From NCBI GenBank assembly GCA_963621095.1, contig CAVFDO010000001.1, forward strand, positions 1-58,609: a stretch of DNA of 58,609 bases, in the 5' to 3' direction. The notes below the pieces were generated by a model. That model ran no database searches. It had not been told where the DNA came from and worked only from the letters and a program-made list of their open reading frames with translations. This document shows, piece by piece, positions 1-10,934 of this stretch; within the stretch, counting starts at the first letter, position 1; each line of letters begins with the position of its first letter. The stretch is from a bacterium. GTDB taxonomy: Bacteria; Bacillota_I; Bacilli_A; Erysipelotrichales; Erysipelotrichaceae. Made by a program: the position numbers and the translations under genes.

Positions 1-7
1 AATTCCA

Positions 8-178
8 TTATAAGTGTCTATCTCTTTTCACTTTTTCTTGTAGTTTTTGAATTGGACCTTGTAAAGCAGCTGTCAATTTCATATCTAGGTTAAAGAAATA
101 GATGGTAAATGTCACCACAAAGAATACCGCAACAACGATCAATATGATTTTTACTAGATGTAGGATAAACGCAATCAT
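8..178 (-). CDS. Small single-TM membrane protein, 56 aa (MIAFILHLVKIILIVVAVFFVVTFTIYFFNLDMKLTAALQGPIQKLQEKVKRDRHL); absent from ORF track
   Basis: Manual translation; ATG overlaps the activator stop (ATGA); its TAA overlaps another ATG at 8 that runs off the window. Confidence 0.8.
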   Translation of the reverse strand: MIAFILHLVKIILIVVAVFFVVTFTIYFFNLDMKLTAALQGPIQKLQEKVKRDRHL

Positions 179-969
179 TGTGCCATCCCTTTCTTTCTCG
201 CAAATTCTGCAGCACCTAGAGCACCTATCAATTGTGGATCAATAGGTAAATCAATCACTTTAAGATTTAAAACTTGTTCAATCGCAACTTTTAATCCATC
301 ATTTTTCGCACATCCACCAGTTAAAGTGATCTTATCTGTTGCACCTGCTTTTTTTGCCATAACAAAACACCTCTTCGCTACTGCTAATTCAATTCCTGCC
401 GCAATCTCATCTGTTGGTTTCCCTTCACCAACTAAAGAAATCACTTCACTTTCCGCAAAGACTGTACATTGTGATGTAATTGGAATGATATTCTTTGCCT
501 TTAAAGATAACTTTGAAAAATCAGATAGATCCATTTCAAACGCTCTTGCCATTGCCTCAAAGAATCTGCCTGTTCCTGCTGCGCATTTATCATTCATCGC
601 AAAGTTTAATACAGTTCCATCGGTATCTACTGCGATACCTTTAACGTCTTGGCCACCAATATCTATGATTGCCTTCACATTAGGATCTGCGACATGCACT
701 CCCATCGCATGACATGAAATCTCAGATATATTTTCATCCGCAAATGGGACTTTGTTTCTTCCATATCCTGTTCCTACTAAGTATGTTAGATCTTGCGGAC
801 TATTTAAGTCTGGAACATTTTGTACTGCGGTATCTAGCGCATCTTGGCAAGAAACAACCGTATTGATTTTAGAACGTATCGTTACATCGGATACCATCTT
901 TCCATTTTCATCTAAGATTACGCATTTTGTATATGTACTACCTGAATCACAACCACCAAAATATCTCAT
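175..969 (-). CDS. 2-hydroxyacyl-CoA dehydratase activator (HgdC/BcrAD-type ASKHA ATPase, [4Fe-4S])
   Basis: DSGSTYTK, GTGYGR, EISCHAMG, DIGGQDVK, MNDKCAAGTGRF and CTVFAESE motifs; start moved to ATG 969. Confidence 0.92.
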   Translation of the reverse strand: MRYFGGCDSGSTYTKCVILDENGKMVSDVTIRSKINTVVSCQDALDTAVQNVPDLNSPQDLTYLVGTGYGRNKVPFADENISEISCHAMGVHVADPNVKAIIDIGGQDVKGIAVDTDGTVLNFAMNDKCAAGTGRFFEAMARAFEMDLSDFSKLSLKAKNIIPITSQCTVFAESEVISLVGEGKPTDEIAAGIELAVAKRCFVMAKKAGATDKITLTGGCAKNDGLKVAIEQVLNLKVIDLPIDPQLIGALGAAEFARKKGMAQ

Positions 970-973
970 ATTA

Positions 974-2536
974 TTACCATGACCTTTCATCATTTAATAC
1001 TTCTAAAGAAGCATCTATTGGTTCTTCTCTCATCACTGTACGCATGTATTTATTCACTTGATCTCTTATTGCTTGACGATTTGTGATACGAGGATCAAAT
1101 AAATCATGATTGACCCAAATCAAATGAATACCCTTTTCTCTTGCTTTTTCTTCAAATAACCCATGCATACCATCTAATGCTTTACATGCCATATGTTCCC
1201 AAAGAATAACAACATCCGCATTGAATTCTTCTACGATTTCCCATAGTTCATCTAACAAAACTTTATAACCACCATGTGTTCGATTACGCATAATCATGTT
1301 TTCTGTTAACCACGCCATATCATAAATTGCTTGTTCACGATTTTCTGGGGTGTCCTCTTCCGCAATCATCTTTGTGTTAACCATAGATAACATATCTGTT
1401 AGAGATACAATGCCCCAACAATTTTGTAGCCAAACCAAGAAGTCAAAATAGAAGTGAGATTGTACACCCCAAACAATTGCACGATGTCTTGTTTCTTTAC
1501 AGACTTTCACTTTATTTTTATATGCTTCTCTCGCAATCTCTGTAATCTTTAAATCTGCTTTTGCGAATAAGTCAACTTTTCCACAAACAGCCATGTAGTT
1601 TGTTTCTGTATAAAGCGCTAAATTCCCACCCACAACTTGTGGATATTCTGTCTTATTAATATCTAACCATTCCAAACGTGCTCTTGTTGCGATATTCACT
1701 CTTTTCGCACATTCAAAATAATATTTCCAATCCCATTTTTCACCTGTTTTTTCTTCAATAAATTTGATACAATTACGAATTTCTTGAGCTGCATATTCTT
1801 GTACATCATCTTCTTGGTGACGAAGTGGAGCTGCCAGTTGGAAACATGGGATTCCATCTTCTAATTCTAAGCGTTTTGAAATGACACCATTCCCTAACAT
1901 AGAACCATCACATGTTGTATTACACTGCACTGCACACGCACCAAGTACTGGAAAATCATCTGCGATAGATACGCCAGCTTCTGCTTCAGGCATTGGACAT
2001 ACATCCCCTGGTAATCCATATTCTTGTGCGACATCGATATATCTTTCAGCTGCATGTTGATTTAATAAAACTGAGACATATACTGCTGGTGTTTCTCTAC
2101 TTAATCCCTTTAGTGTTGGAAACCCCATCATTACCGCAGTCATTTCATTTTCATCCATTAAAACAACTTTGTCTGAGAATGCTTTATCATTTCCAACGTT
2201 ACGATCTCCTCTAAATAAAGAATCTAATAACTTCGCAACATCATAAACGATGATATCGAATTCTTCATGTAGAATTCTTAATTGCGGTCCGCGTAATCCT
2301 TGCGAGAAACGATCAACCATCATTGGAACTGCCAAATAATTTGACATCCAACGATACCGGAAGAACGCTTTCACATTTCTAGGTTTTATCACGAATCCAG
2401 CTAATTGTTTCATGATATAAAGCCATCTGAAATAATCATACAGCGTATCTTTTAACCCACGCCATTCTCTTCTATTTCTAACTTTTCCATCTGTATAGAA
2501 AGAACCAAGTTTATCTTTTCCTATTTCTTTAGCCAT
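974..2536 (-). CDS. 2-hydroxyacyl-CoA dehydratase family subunit with aromatic-rich N-terminal extension
   Basis: DVCP, TTCDG and HMACK Cys motifs; DLFDPR near C-terminus; SD GGAGG before ATG 2536. Confidence 0.8.
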   Translation of the reverse strand: MAKEIGKDKLGSFYTDGKVRNRREWRGLKDTLYDYFRWLYIMKQLAGFVIKPRNVKAFFRYRWMSNYLAVPMMVDRFSQGLRGPQLRILHEEFDIIVYDVAKLLDSLFRGDRNVGNDKAFSDKVVLMDENEMTAVMMGFPTLKGLSRETPAVYVSVLLNQHAAERYIDVAQEYGLPGDVCPMPEAEAGVSIADDFPVLGACAVQCNTTCDGSMLGNGVISKRLELEDGIPCFQLAAPLRHQEDDVQEYAAQEIRNCIKFIEEKTGEKWDWKYYFECAKRVNIATRARLEWLDINKTEYPQVVGGNLALYTETNYMAVCGKVDLFAKADLKITEIAREAYKNKVKVCKETRHRAIVWGVQSHFYFDFLVWLQNCWGIVSLTDMLSMVNTKMIAEEDTPENREQAIYDMAWLTENMIMRNRTHGGYKVLLDELWEIVEEFNADVVILWEHMACKALDGMHGLFEEKAREKGIHLIWVNHDLFDPRITNRQAIRDQVNKYMRTVMREEPIDASLEVLNDERSW

Positions 2537-3722
2537 TGTTCTTTCCTCCAAGTTTTTTGATTTCAACACTTTCTACAAATGCTTGTACGCGTGTTCTGAT
2601 TTGACCACTACCTCCATTTGCGTATGGCCTATCAATTTGTAAAACTGGATATCCATAATCATCTCTTAATACAACCGTACCAACCATTCTTTCATAAGCC
2701 CAAGGATCACAGAATTTCATTTGTTCGTAAATGATGCCATCAGCTTTATATTCTTTCGCAAGATCCGCAACATATTTTCTTCTTTCTTGAATCTTATCTT
2801 GATTCATCATTCTTGCGCATTGGCAATGTGTAATGTAATGTCGGCATACTGCAGTCAATGGATCTTCGTTTTCGTTTACTTCAATCGGTTCCCTTCCTGG
2901 AAAGCTTCCATAACAATAACGATCAACGCAAACATATGCGCCACTTTCTTCAATTGCTTGAATGATATCTAAATCGTCCATTTCAGAACCAACTACCTCT
3001 ACTCTAATCTTATATGGATTCTTTTCGTCTGGTTTTCTTGTTTTCAATTCTTCTAACGTTTCTTCTAAAATTGGAATGATATCTTCTTTTGGACAACTAT
3101 ACGTTGCCAAACAAAGCACATGAAATTCATGTCCTGTAATTGTTGGATTCTCTAATTTTCTAAATTCACCAATTTGGCATATCAGTTCACAAACACGATT
3201 ATGTAATTGAATGGATTTTAGAATTGCGGAATCGCTCACATCAATTCCAAATTTTTCTTTCAATGGCTTTAATATATGATTTTTACATTGTAGAACATAA
3301 AGATTCAATCCATTCTCATCATTCTTCATTGGGATTTCCATATGTTCCATAAAGAAATGATCTTTTTTCATTGTGTGCAACAATTCCATATTTTCTACAC
3401 AACGGTTCAACATCGAACAACCATCTGGTGCTATCAAACAATCCACAAAATTATATCCACCTTCAATCGCTCTTTCGAGTAGTGCTCTTGTATATTCACA
3501 CAAGAAATTTGTTAGGTAATATGTTCCAATTTCCATAGAACCTGTTCTAGGAGCTCTTAATCGAATGGAAAAAGTGCCTGCTAGATTTAGTAATGGTTCA
3601 GGTACATTCTCGCAGACAGTTGCGATACAAATATTTCCTTTTTCTTGAGAAGCAGCTACATATTTATTTTCACTATCTTCTAATAACTTCTCAAGATCAT
3701 ACATGTGTTTTAAGTCTCTCAT
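2529..3722 (-). CDS. 2-hydroxyacyl-CoA dehydratase family subunit (HgdB-like)
   Basis: VPEPL, LCEY, DGC, KFCDPW and GQIRTRVQAFVE motifs. Confidence 0.85.
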   Translation of the reverse strand: MRDLKHMYDLEKLLEDSENKYVAASQEKGNICIATVCENVPEPLLNLAGTFSIRLRAPRTGSMEIGTYYLTNFLCEYTRALLERAIEGGYNFVDCLIAPDGCSMLNRCVENMELLHTMKKDHFFMEHMEIPMKNDENGLNLYVLQCKNHILKPLKEKFGIDVSDSAILKSIQLHNRVCELICQIGEFRKLENPTITGHEFHVLCLATYSCPKEDIIPILEETLEELKTRKPDEKNPYKIRVEVVGSEMDDLDIIQAIEESGAYVCVDRYCYGSFPGREPIEVNENEDPLTAVCRHYITHCQCARMMNQDKIQERRKYVADLAKEYKADGIIYEQMKFCDPWAYERMVGTVVLRDDYGYPVLQIDRPYANGGSGQIRTRVQAFVESVEIKKLGGKNNG

Positions 3723-4480
3723 ACAATGATACCCATTTGTTGAAGTGCTTTGTATGCACCTTGATAGATATGAGATTCTTTTGAGATATCCAATATCGAT
3801 TGTCCTTTCATATCAAATTCTTGAATTTCAGAATCATCTGTAATTGTGGCAAGTAACTTTAATCCTTTTAAATCAATACCTTCAATCAAAGAAGGATTGG
3901 AAATACGATTCAAAATCAAACCTGTTTGATCTGCCATTACAAGTTCTTTTGCGACTTTATCAATTGTACTTACAACATCTAATCCCTTTTTTGATGCATC
4001 ACTTACATAAACCAAATGATTTACTTTTTCCATGACTCTACGATTGATTTGTTCAATACCAGCTTCCCCATCAATCACAACATAATCAAAATGATCAGAA
4101 ACCATTGTAATCAAATCCCTTAGATAATCATTCACAGAACAATAACATCCACTTGATTCTGGTCTACCAATCGCTAGAAATGAAAATGCATCTGTTTCAA
4201 CTAACGTATCAAAAATTTCATCTTTCGCTTCATGTAACATCTCTAAAGCATCTTCATCTTTTCTTTGATCTGCTAAGGCAATAAATCTCTCACGAATATC
4301 ATTAATTGTTCCATTCTCTTTAACACCTAAAGCTGTCGCTAAACCAACAGAAGGGTCACCATCAATTGCCAATATTCGCTTGTCAGGATACTTTTCGCAT
4401 AGTATCTTGACCATCACTGCAGATAAGGAAGTCTTTCCAACACCTCCCTTACCACACAGGGCAATGATTCTATTATTCAT
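3719..4480 (-). CDS. CooC/AcsF-like MinD-family ATPase
   Basis: Deviant Walker A GKGGVGKT, IDGDP, GCYC metal motif, DGEAGIEQ; SD GGAGG before ATG 4480. Confidence 0.88.
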   Translation of the reverse strand: MNNRIIALCGKGGVGKTSLSAVMVKILCEKYPDKRILAIDGDPSVGLATALGVKENGTINDIRERFIALADQRKDEDALEMLHEAKDEIFDTLVETDAFSFLAIGRPESSGCYCSVNDYLRDLITMVSDHFDYVVIDGEAGIEQINRRVMEKVNHLVYVSDASKKGLDVVSTIDKVAKELVMADQTGLILNRISNPSLIEGIDLKGLKLLATITDDSEIQEFDMKGQSILDISKESHIYQGAYKALQQMGIIV

Positions 4481-4510
4481 AAATTGTCCTCCAAAAATTG
4501 TTAATTTCAT

Positions 4511-4540
4511 TATACTCTAGAAAACGTTATTTTTTTCACA
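4511..4540 (-). promoter_or_regulatory. Probable -10 (TATAAT) of the cooC-like operon with adjacent LacI/CcpA-like site (AGAAAACGTTATTT)
   Basis: TATAAT about 30 nt upstream of the start; partial match to the cre-type consensus. Confidence 0.35.
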
Positions 4541-4601
4541 AAGTTGATAGAGATTTCATTTGTTTTCATAAAAAAGCAACAAACTCAACTGAATTTGTTA
4601 C

Positions 4602-5798
4602 TTATAGTTTCTTGATTTGTTGATTCATCCAAGTAATTCGATGTCTTAATCCACCTACTAACGCATTGATACGATCAGATGACATGTTGGTTACATCTTT
4701 ATATTTTTCTAATTGTGTTTGATATAAAGTAACCAAATTTACTAATGCATTCCAATCATATAAAGAAGCAGTGCTTGAGATAATTTTAAATACATCTTCA
4801 TATGGTTTAGAAGTATTGTTGAAGAATTTACCAGTGCCATTTTCAAAGTTTGTATTTAATCGATTTCGATTTGCTTGCATTGCATAACCAGTATCATAGA
4901 TTGGTGCTAATTTAATCCATCGCAATGTATTTACATCACGTATAATTCCGAAGTTACGTGTATGTCTATCTTCATTCATCATGAAACAATCTAACGCAAA
5001 CATTTTTGATAATTCTGTTTTAGCGTTTGTAATTCCATTTTGACTTAAAATATTTATAAAGAATTCAAAGTCACTAATATTATTTGGCTTTTTCTCTGTG
5101 CATAAGATATCATTTGCGGTAACTAGTTCCATATTTCCATCAATAAAATCAATAGATTTAGAAACCAATTGGTTATGCAAGACACCCAATTCGTTTACTG
5201 CATGATCAAAACCTAATTGATTGCATATTTCAGAAGCTAACCATTCATTAAATGGTTCTTCTCCACTAATACCTGTACCTGTTTTTGCGAGTTTACGAAT
5301 GCCATCTTCTATGATCCAAGCTTTCTTTAGGGCACCATCTGTTGTACCATCTGGAATTGTTAAAGATTGACTATCAATATTTATAATCTTACTTCTACTC
5401 GTATCTAAAGAAGCTTGAGAGAACGCAGAAAATTCAAAATCATTTGTAAAAAAATTAATATCACTCCATTGAATTGAACTATCTTTTTCTTTAAACCAAT
5501 ATTGATCTGAAAGTGATAATCCATATGATTTATTGATTAATTCTTTTGATTCATCAATTCCTAATTGTTCTAATAAATGCATTAGATTTTCTCTCCAAGA
5601 AGGAATACCACGATGTTCAAACCAATCGTTTGTGGCTGTTAATATATTTCCAGATTTTTTATTATGAAATGCAGTATAAACACGTAATGGAGCATAATCA
5701 ATATTATAGATTGTATATATTTCATCAATATGATTAGAATTTGAATTATATTCTATTTCAAAGATGGGTGTTGTTTTATTGAATAAAATACAACGCAT
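4602..5798 (-). CDS. HipA-like Ser/Thr kinase (HipA_C domain), no adjacent HipB
   Basis: SLSDQYW, TTDGALKKAW, catalytic NEDRHTRNFG and LAPIYDTG; SD AGGAGGT before ATG 5798. Confidence 0.8.
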   Translation of the reverse strand: MRCILFNKTTPIFEIEYNSNSNHIDEIYTIYNIDYAPLRVYTAFHNKKSGNILTATNDWFEHRGIPSWRENLMHLLEQLGIDESKELINKSYGLSLSDQYWFKEKDSSIQWSDINFFTNDFEFSAFSQASLDTSRSKIINIDSQSLTIPDGTTDGALKKAWIIEDGIRKLAKTGTGISGEEPFNEWLASEICNQLGFDHAVNELGVLHNQLVSKSIDFIDGNMELVTANDILCTEKKPNNISDFEFFINILSQNGITNAKTELSKMFALDCFMMNEDRHTRNFGIIRDVNTLRWIKLAPIYDTGYAMQANRNRLNTNFENGTGKFFNNTSKPYEDVFKIISSTASLYDWNALVNLVTLYQTQLEKYKDVTNMSSDRINALVGGLRHRITWMNQQIKKL

Positions 5799-5839
5799 AT
5801 CAATTACCTCCTTCTTCATTCAGTATACTATTTTTCTAT

Positions 5840-6805
5840 CTATTTTTTTAAAGTTTGTTTCCTACATGTTTCTAGAATATCCATTACATGTACAGAATCT
5901 TGTAACCAAGATAACATCTTATCTTTTTGTTTTGTTTCAATGATTTTTTGAATTTGTAAGAATTCTTGTTTCATAGGATTATCTTCTTGATGAATATCTA
6001 ACTGTTGTTCTATACCATCTTTTATATGTAAAAGAACATTTTTAATAACACCCGGTCTAGAATCTACATAGATATAACCATTTGTACCTTGGATCATCAT
6101 TCCATTCTTAGAAGAACTATCTTTCGCACCAACGCATGTTGCGTAGAAGCCATCATATTTCATTGTGACAATACCACTTGTATCTACACCATTAAAACCT
6201 AAGTTGGCTTCATAGTTGAATGCGATTGGTTTTCCAACTACCCCTTCCACAAAGTGAATGTTATAAACATTGATATCATATAAAGCTCCACCATATAAGT
6301 TAGGATCAAATGCTGGTAATACTTCTCCTTTTAAATATGCATCATATCTACTAGAATATTGAGAAAAATTACATTGTATTAGTTTAATATCTCCTAGTTG
6401 CGTTAAATTCTTATGAACCTCTTCATAGTTCTGACTATAGCGTGACATGATTGCTTCAAATAAATAACAATCATTAACGATAGCTAATGTCATGAGTTCT
6501 TTTGCTTGAGAGAGTGTAGAAGTAAATGGTTTTTCTACAATGACATTTTTATGAGATAGAAGTGCTTTCTTTGCGTATTCATAATGCAAAGAATTAATTA
6601 AACCAATATAAATCGTATCAAAAGAATCATCTTGTAAGAATTTATCATAGTCTGTGTAGAAAGAAGAAATGTGATATTGATTCACCAGTGGTTTTCCTTT
6701 GTTTTCATTTCTGCACCACAAAGATACAACTTCAATATCTGTATCTTTTAAAGATTCTAATGCAACTTTTACGATTCCACCATTTCCTACGATTCCTAAT
6801 TTCAT
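5840..6805 (-). CDS. Gfo/Idh/MocA-family NAD(P)-dependent oxidoreductase
   Basis: GIVGNGGI Rossmann motif, VIVEKP, GGALYDINVY. Confidence 0.9.
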   Translation of the reverse strand: MKLGIVGNGGIVKVALESLKDTDIEVVSLWCRNENKGKPLVNQYHISSFYTDYDKFLQDDSFDTIYIGLINSLHYEYAKKALLSHKNVIVEKPFTSTLSQAKELMTLAIVNDCYLFEAIMSRYSQNYEEVHKNLTQLGDIKLIQCNFSQYSSRYDAYLKGEVLPAFDPNLYGGALYDINVYNIHFVEGVVGKPIAFNYEANLGFNGVDTSGIVTMKYDGFYATCVGAKDSSSKNGMMIQGTNGYIYVDSRPGVIKNVLLHIKDGIEQQLDIHQEDNPMKQEFLQIQKIIETKQKDKMLSWLQDSVHVMDILETCRKQTLKK

Positions 6806-7647
6806 TTCTTATCCTCAATCAAATCAAAATGTACAAACGCATTCCAAATGCCATCATCTAAAATATCTGTTGTAATATAATCAGCTGCTTGTTTTGCCTC
6901 ATCTGCGGCATTTCCCATCGCTACACTTGTTCCACATACTCGAAACATTGGAATATCATTCGCACTATCTCCAATTCCAATTGCGTTAAAAGATTGGATA
7001 TTGTAGTAATCTAATATCTTTTCAATAGCTGTTCCTTTTGTGACGGAACCATTTGTTACTTCCCCAATGCAGAGTTGTTCATCTGGATGCTCTACCGACT
7101 TTGTAAGAATAAATGGTTTTTCTAAATGTGTTTCTAATTTAGGAAACAATGGATTCCAAGCTGGACCATACGCACAGATTTTATAAATATGATCGTTATC
7201 TTCTGAACCAAATGCTTCTGGATATGTTCCATTTTCCATGCACAATTCAACTTGTCGATCTCGATTTGTTTCTCCACCAGAAAAATACTTTAATAAGTAT
7301 TCATAGCCAACTTTTGAACAATAAGAGCCCGCTGCACCTTCTAAACAATATCCTAAATCATTCTTTAAGATTGTCTTTTTGATTCTTGTGACGTCTTCTT
7401 TTGGAATTGGATGATCATAGATTCTTTTACCATCTGCATAGACCATTCCACCTGCTCCCAAAATAAAGCCATCAATTTCATAATTTAAATACTTTTGAAT
7501 TTCCGATAAAGCTCTACCTGTACATAGAAATACTTTATGTCCATTTTTTCTTGCGAGTTGTATTGCGCGTTCAGCACTTTCAGGAATCTTACCAATCTTT
7601 GTGGAATATAATGTTCCATCAATATCTAAAAATATAATCTTTTTCAT
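6802..7647 (-). CDS. Cof-type HAD-IIB phosphatase
   Basis: DIDGTL, CTGR, KG and GDSANDIPM motifs. Confidence 0.92.
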   Translation of the reverse strand: MKKIIFLDIDGTLYSTKIGKIPESAERAIQLARKNGHKVFLCTGRALSEIQKYLNYEIDGFILGAGGMVYADGKRIYDHPIPKEDVTRIKKTILKNDLGYCLEGAAGSYCSKVGYEYLLKYFSGGETNRDRQVELCMENGTYPEAFGSEDNDHIYKICAYGPAWNPLFPKLETHLEKPFILTKSVEHPDEQLCIGEVTNGSVTKGTAIEKILDYYNIQSFNAIGIGDSANDIPMFRVCGTSVAMGNAADEAKQAADYITTDILDDGIWNAFVHFDLIEDKK

Positions 7648-7662
7648 GAACTAAGTATAAAG

Positions 7663-7694
7663 GAAAAAACAGAAATCTGTTTATGATTTCTGTT
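7663..7694 (-). terminator. Rho-independent terminator
   Basis: AACAGAAATC...GATTTCTGTT inverted repeat with T-run on minus strand. Confidence 0.65.
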
Positions 7695-8340
7695 AAATAA
7701 AGAAATTTGTAACTCCTAATTTTAATTTTGTATTTGTTTTTAAATGAATATGTGTACCTGGTAAGAAACGCATTGAAGTATCTGGACCAATTCGGAAAGT
7801 TTCGCCATCTGCTTCAATTTCACCTTCACCCTCATAGCCAAAGATCATTGTCGAATGTTCTTCAATTTTGTCGATTTCACATGCATCCATACAAACAATA
7901 CGCACTTCTACAAATCCACTCTTAATAATTGTTGTGGAAGTATATTCATTTTCTTTAAAATCAACAACATCAGAAATCGAAAAAACTTCACCTGGTTCTT
8001 TGATTGTTCGATTAACGGTTTGACCTAAATGAACTTCTAAATAGACGCTATCTTCTAAAGCATCTACCATGATAACCTTGTTTTTTGGTGTAACGATACC
8101 ATCATTTTTCTTCAACTCATGTGTAATTAGATTCAAACTATCATCTTTTACAGTAAGTTTAATTCCACCTTGTTTCACAAATAACATTTTATAAAACTGA
8201 AATCCTTCAGGAGACATACTAGTACCTTTCCCAAGTGAAAAAACATATACGCCTTCAATTACTTGTTCTTGTACAATTGTTGCATCTAAAGGAATATTTA
8301 ATTCCGCAATATTAAATACTTCATTAATTGGATATCTCAT
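7693..8340 (-). CDS. Cupin-fold hypothetical protein
   Basis: Two beta-rich cupin-like halves; ATG 8340 overlaps the GNAT stop. Confidence 0.55.
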   Translation of the reverse strand: MRYPINEVFNIAELNIPLDATIVQEQVIEGVYVFSLGKGTSMSPEGFQFYKMLFVKQGGIKLTVKDDSLNLITHELKKNDGIVTPKNKVIMVDALEDSVYLEVHLGQTVNRTIKEPGEVFSISDVVDFKENEYTSTTIIKSGFVEVRIVCMDACEIDKIEEHSTMIFGYEGEGEIEADGETFRIGPDTSMRFLPGTHIHLKTNTKLKLGVTNFFI

Positions 8341-8879
8341 AATTTTTGCCCCATTACATAGCCACCATCTGACTCTTCTAAAATATTGAAACCCATCTTC
8401 TGATAGAACGAACATGCTCGAACATTATCTTTTGCGACACCTACCATGATTCCTTTACAATGATTCTTTCTTAGATCATTCAAAAGTGTTGTCATTAACA
8501 ATGTGCCACTTCCTTTTCCGCAACAAGTTTCTAATATATCAATATGTAAGTGCGCTGGATATTCATTTATATATCTTTCGTATTCAGAAATATCACAACG
8601 ATATTCAAAAGAAGGTGCTACTTCATGTATTCTTTGAAAGTAAGAAGGCATATATTTTAGAAAAGAATTCCCATCTTCGCAACATAATATATATCCTTGT
8701 ATTTCATTTTGATCATCTTGTAATAAATAACATTTTCCATGATCTAAATATGGATCACAATACATCAACAAAGAGAAATCATGATGTTGTTGATTCACTA
8801 GATTATCATGACTACCTGTATGAATACAGATGTCACGGCATCTATCACGATACTGTTCTTGATAAGGAATAACTTTCAT
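8337..8879 (-). CDS. GNAT N-acetyltransferase
   Basis: HLHIDIL, GKGSG and NVRACSFYQKMGF motifs; SD GGAGG. Confidence 0.88.
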   Translation of the reverse strand: MKVIPYQEQYRDRCRDICIHTGSHDNLVNQQHHDFSLLMYCDPYLDHGKCYLLQDDQNEIQGYILCCEDGNSFLKYMPSYFQRIHEVAPSFEYRCDISEYERYINEYPAHLHIDILETCCGKGSGTLLMTTLLNDLRKNHCKGIMVGVAKDNVRACSFYQKMGFNILEESDGGYVMGQKL

Positions 8880-8924
8880 AGCACCTCCAATCATTCGAAT
8901 ATTTTATACCAAAACGTTCATAAT

Positions 8925-8946
8925 AAAAACCTCACATTTGTGAGGC
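8925..8946 (-). terminator. Rho-independent terminator after GH1 gene
   Basis: CCTCAC-ATTT-GTGAGG hairpin with T-run on minus strand. Confidence 0.65.
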
Positions 8947-8953
8947 TTCCATT

Positions 8954-10429
<1,476 letters not shown>

Positions 10430-10462
10430 TTATTTATCTCCTTTATTCCTTATATTATTGTA

Positions 10463-10476
10463 TCAAAGCGTTTACA
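10463..10476 (-). promoter_or_regulatory. cre/LacI-type operator TGTAAACGCTTTGA adjoining the extended -10 (TGATACAAT) of the GH1 gene
   Basis: One mismatch to the cre consensus TGWAANCGNTNWCA; sits at a sugar catabolic gene promoter. Confidence 0.6.
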
Positions 10477-10489
10477 TTTTTTGCACAAC

Positions 10490-10522
10490 AAAAAAATGCG
10501 GTTTATGGCATGACCGCATTTA
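10490..10522 (-). terminator. Rho-independent terminator after PTS IIB
   Basis: AAATGCGGT...ACCGCATTT hairpin with T-run on minus strand. Confidence 0.65.
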
Positions 10523-10547
10523 TCCAAGAAAGTCATCTTTCGAATTA

Positions 10548-10847
10548 TCAATTCATTAGTTTTTCTGCAGCTTCGAGAACACCTTTTCCATCCATCAATC
10601 CATAAGTTCTCATATCAATTGCGGATACTGGCACTTCAGGATATTTTCCTTGTACTTTTCCTAACGCATAACGAACTTGTGGTCCTAATAAAATAACATT
10701 AGAATCTGAACCATGATCATCTAATTCATTCAATGAATAAGCTCTAATATCATATTCTTTTCCTTGTTTCGCTGCCTCTTGTTTCATTTTTTCTACAAGC
10801 ATACTCGTGCTCATTCCAGCACAACAGAATAGTGTAATTTTTTTCAT
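10548..10847 (-). CDS. PTS lactose/cellobiose-family IIB component
   Basis: CCAGMSTSMLV P-loop, ILLGPQVRY, YGLMDG. Confidence 0.93.
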   Translation of the reverse strand: MKKITLFCCAGMSTSMLVEKMKQEAAKQGKEYDIRAYSLNELDDHGSDSNVILLGPQVRYALGKVQGKYPEVPVSAIDMRTYGLMDGKGVLEAAEKLMN

Positions 10848-10934
10848 AATATTCACCTCTTATTTTTCTAATATAAGAATAGTGAATTTTTAGGAGTTAT
10901 AATATAATAATTTTGAAGGAGTTGTATAAAAATT

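Noticed and set aside
175..3722. Plasmalogen synthase PlsAR or a named amino-acid dehydratase (Fld/Had/Hgd)
   Set aside because: Activator is a stand-alone single module rather than the fused PlsA architecture, and no CoA-transferase or dehydrogenase in the window fixes a substrate
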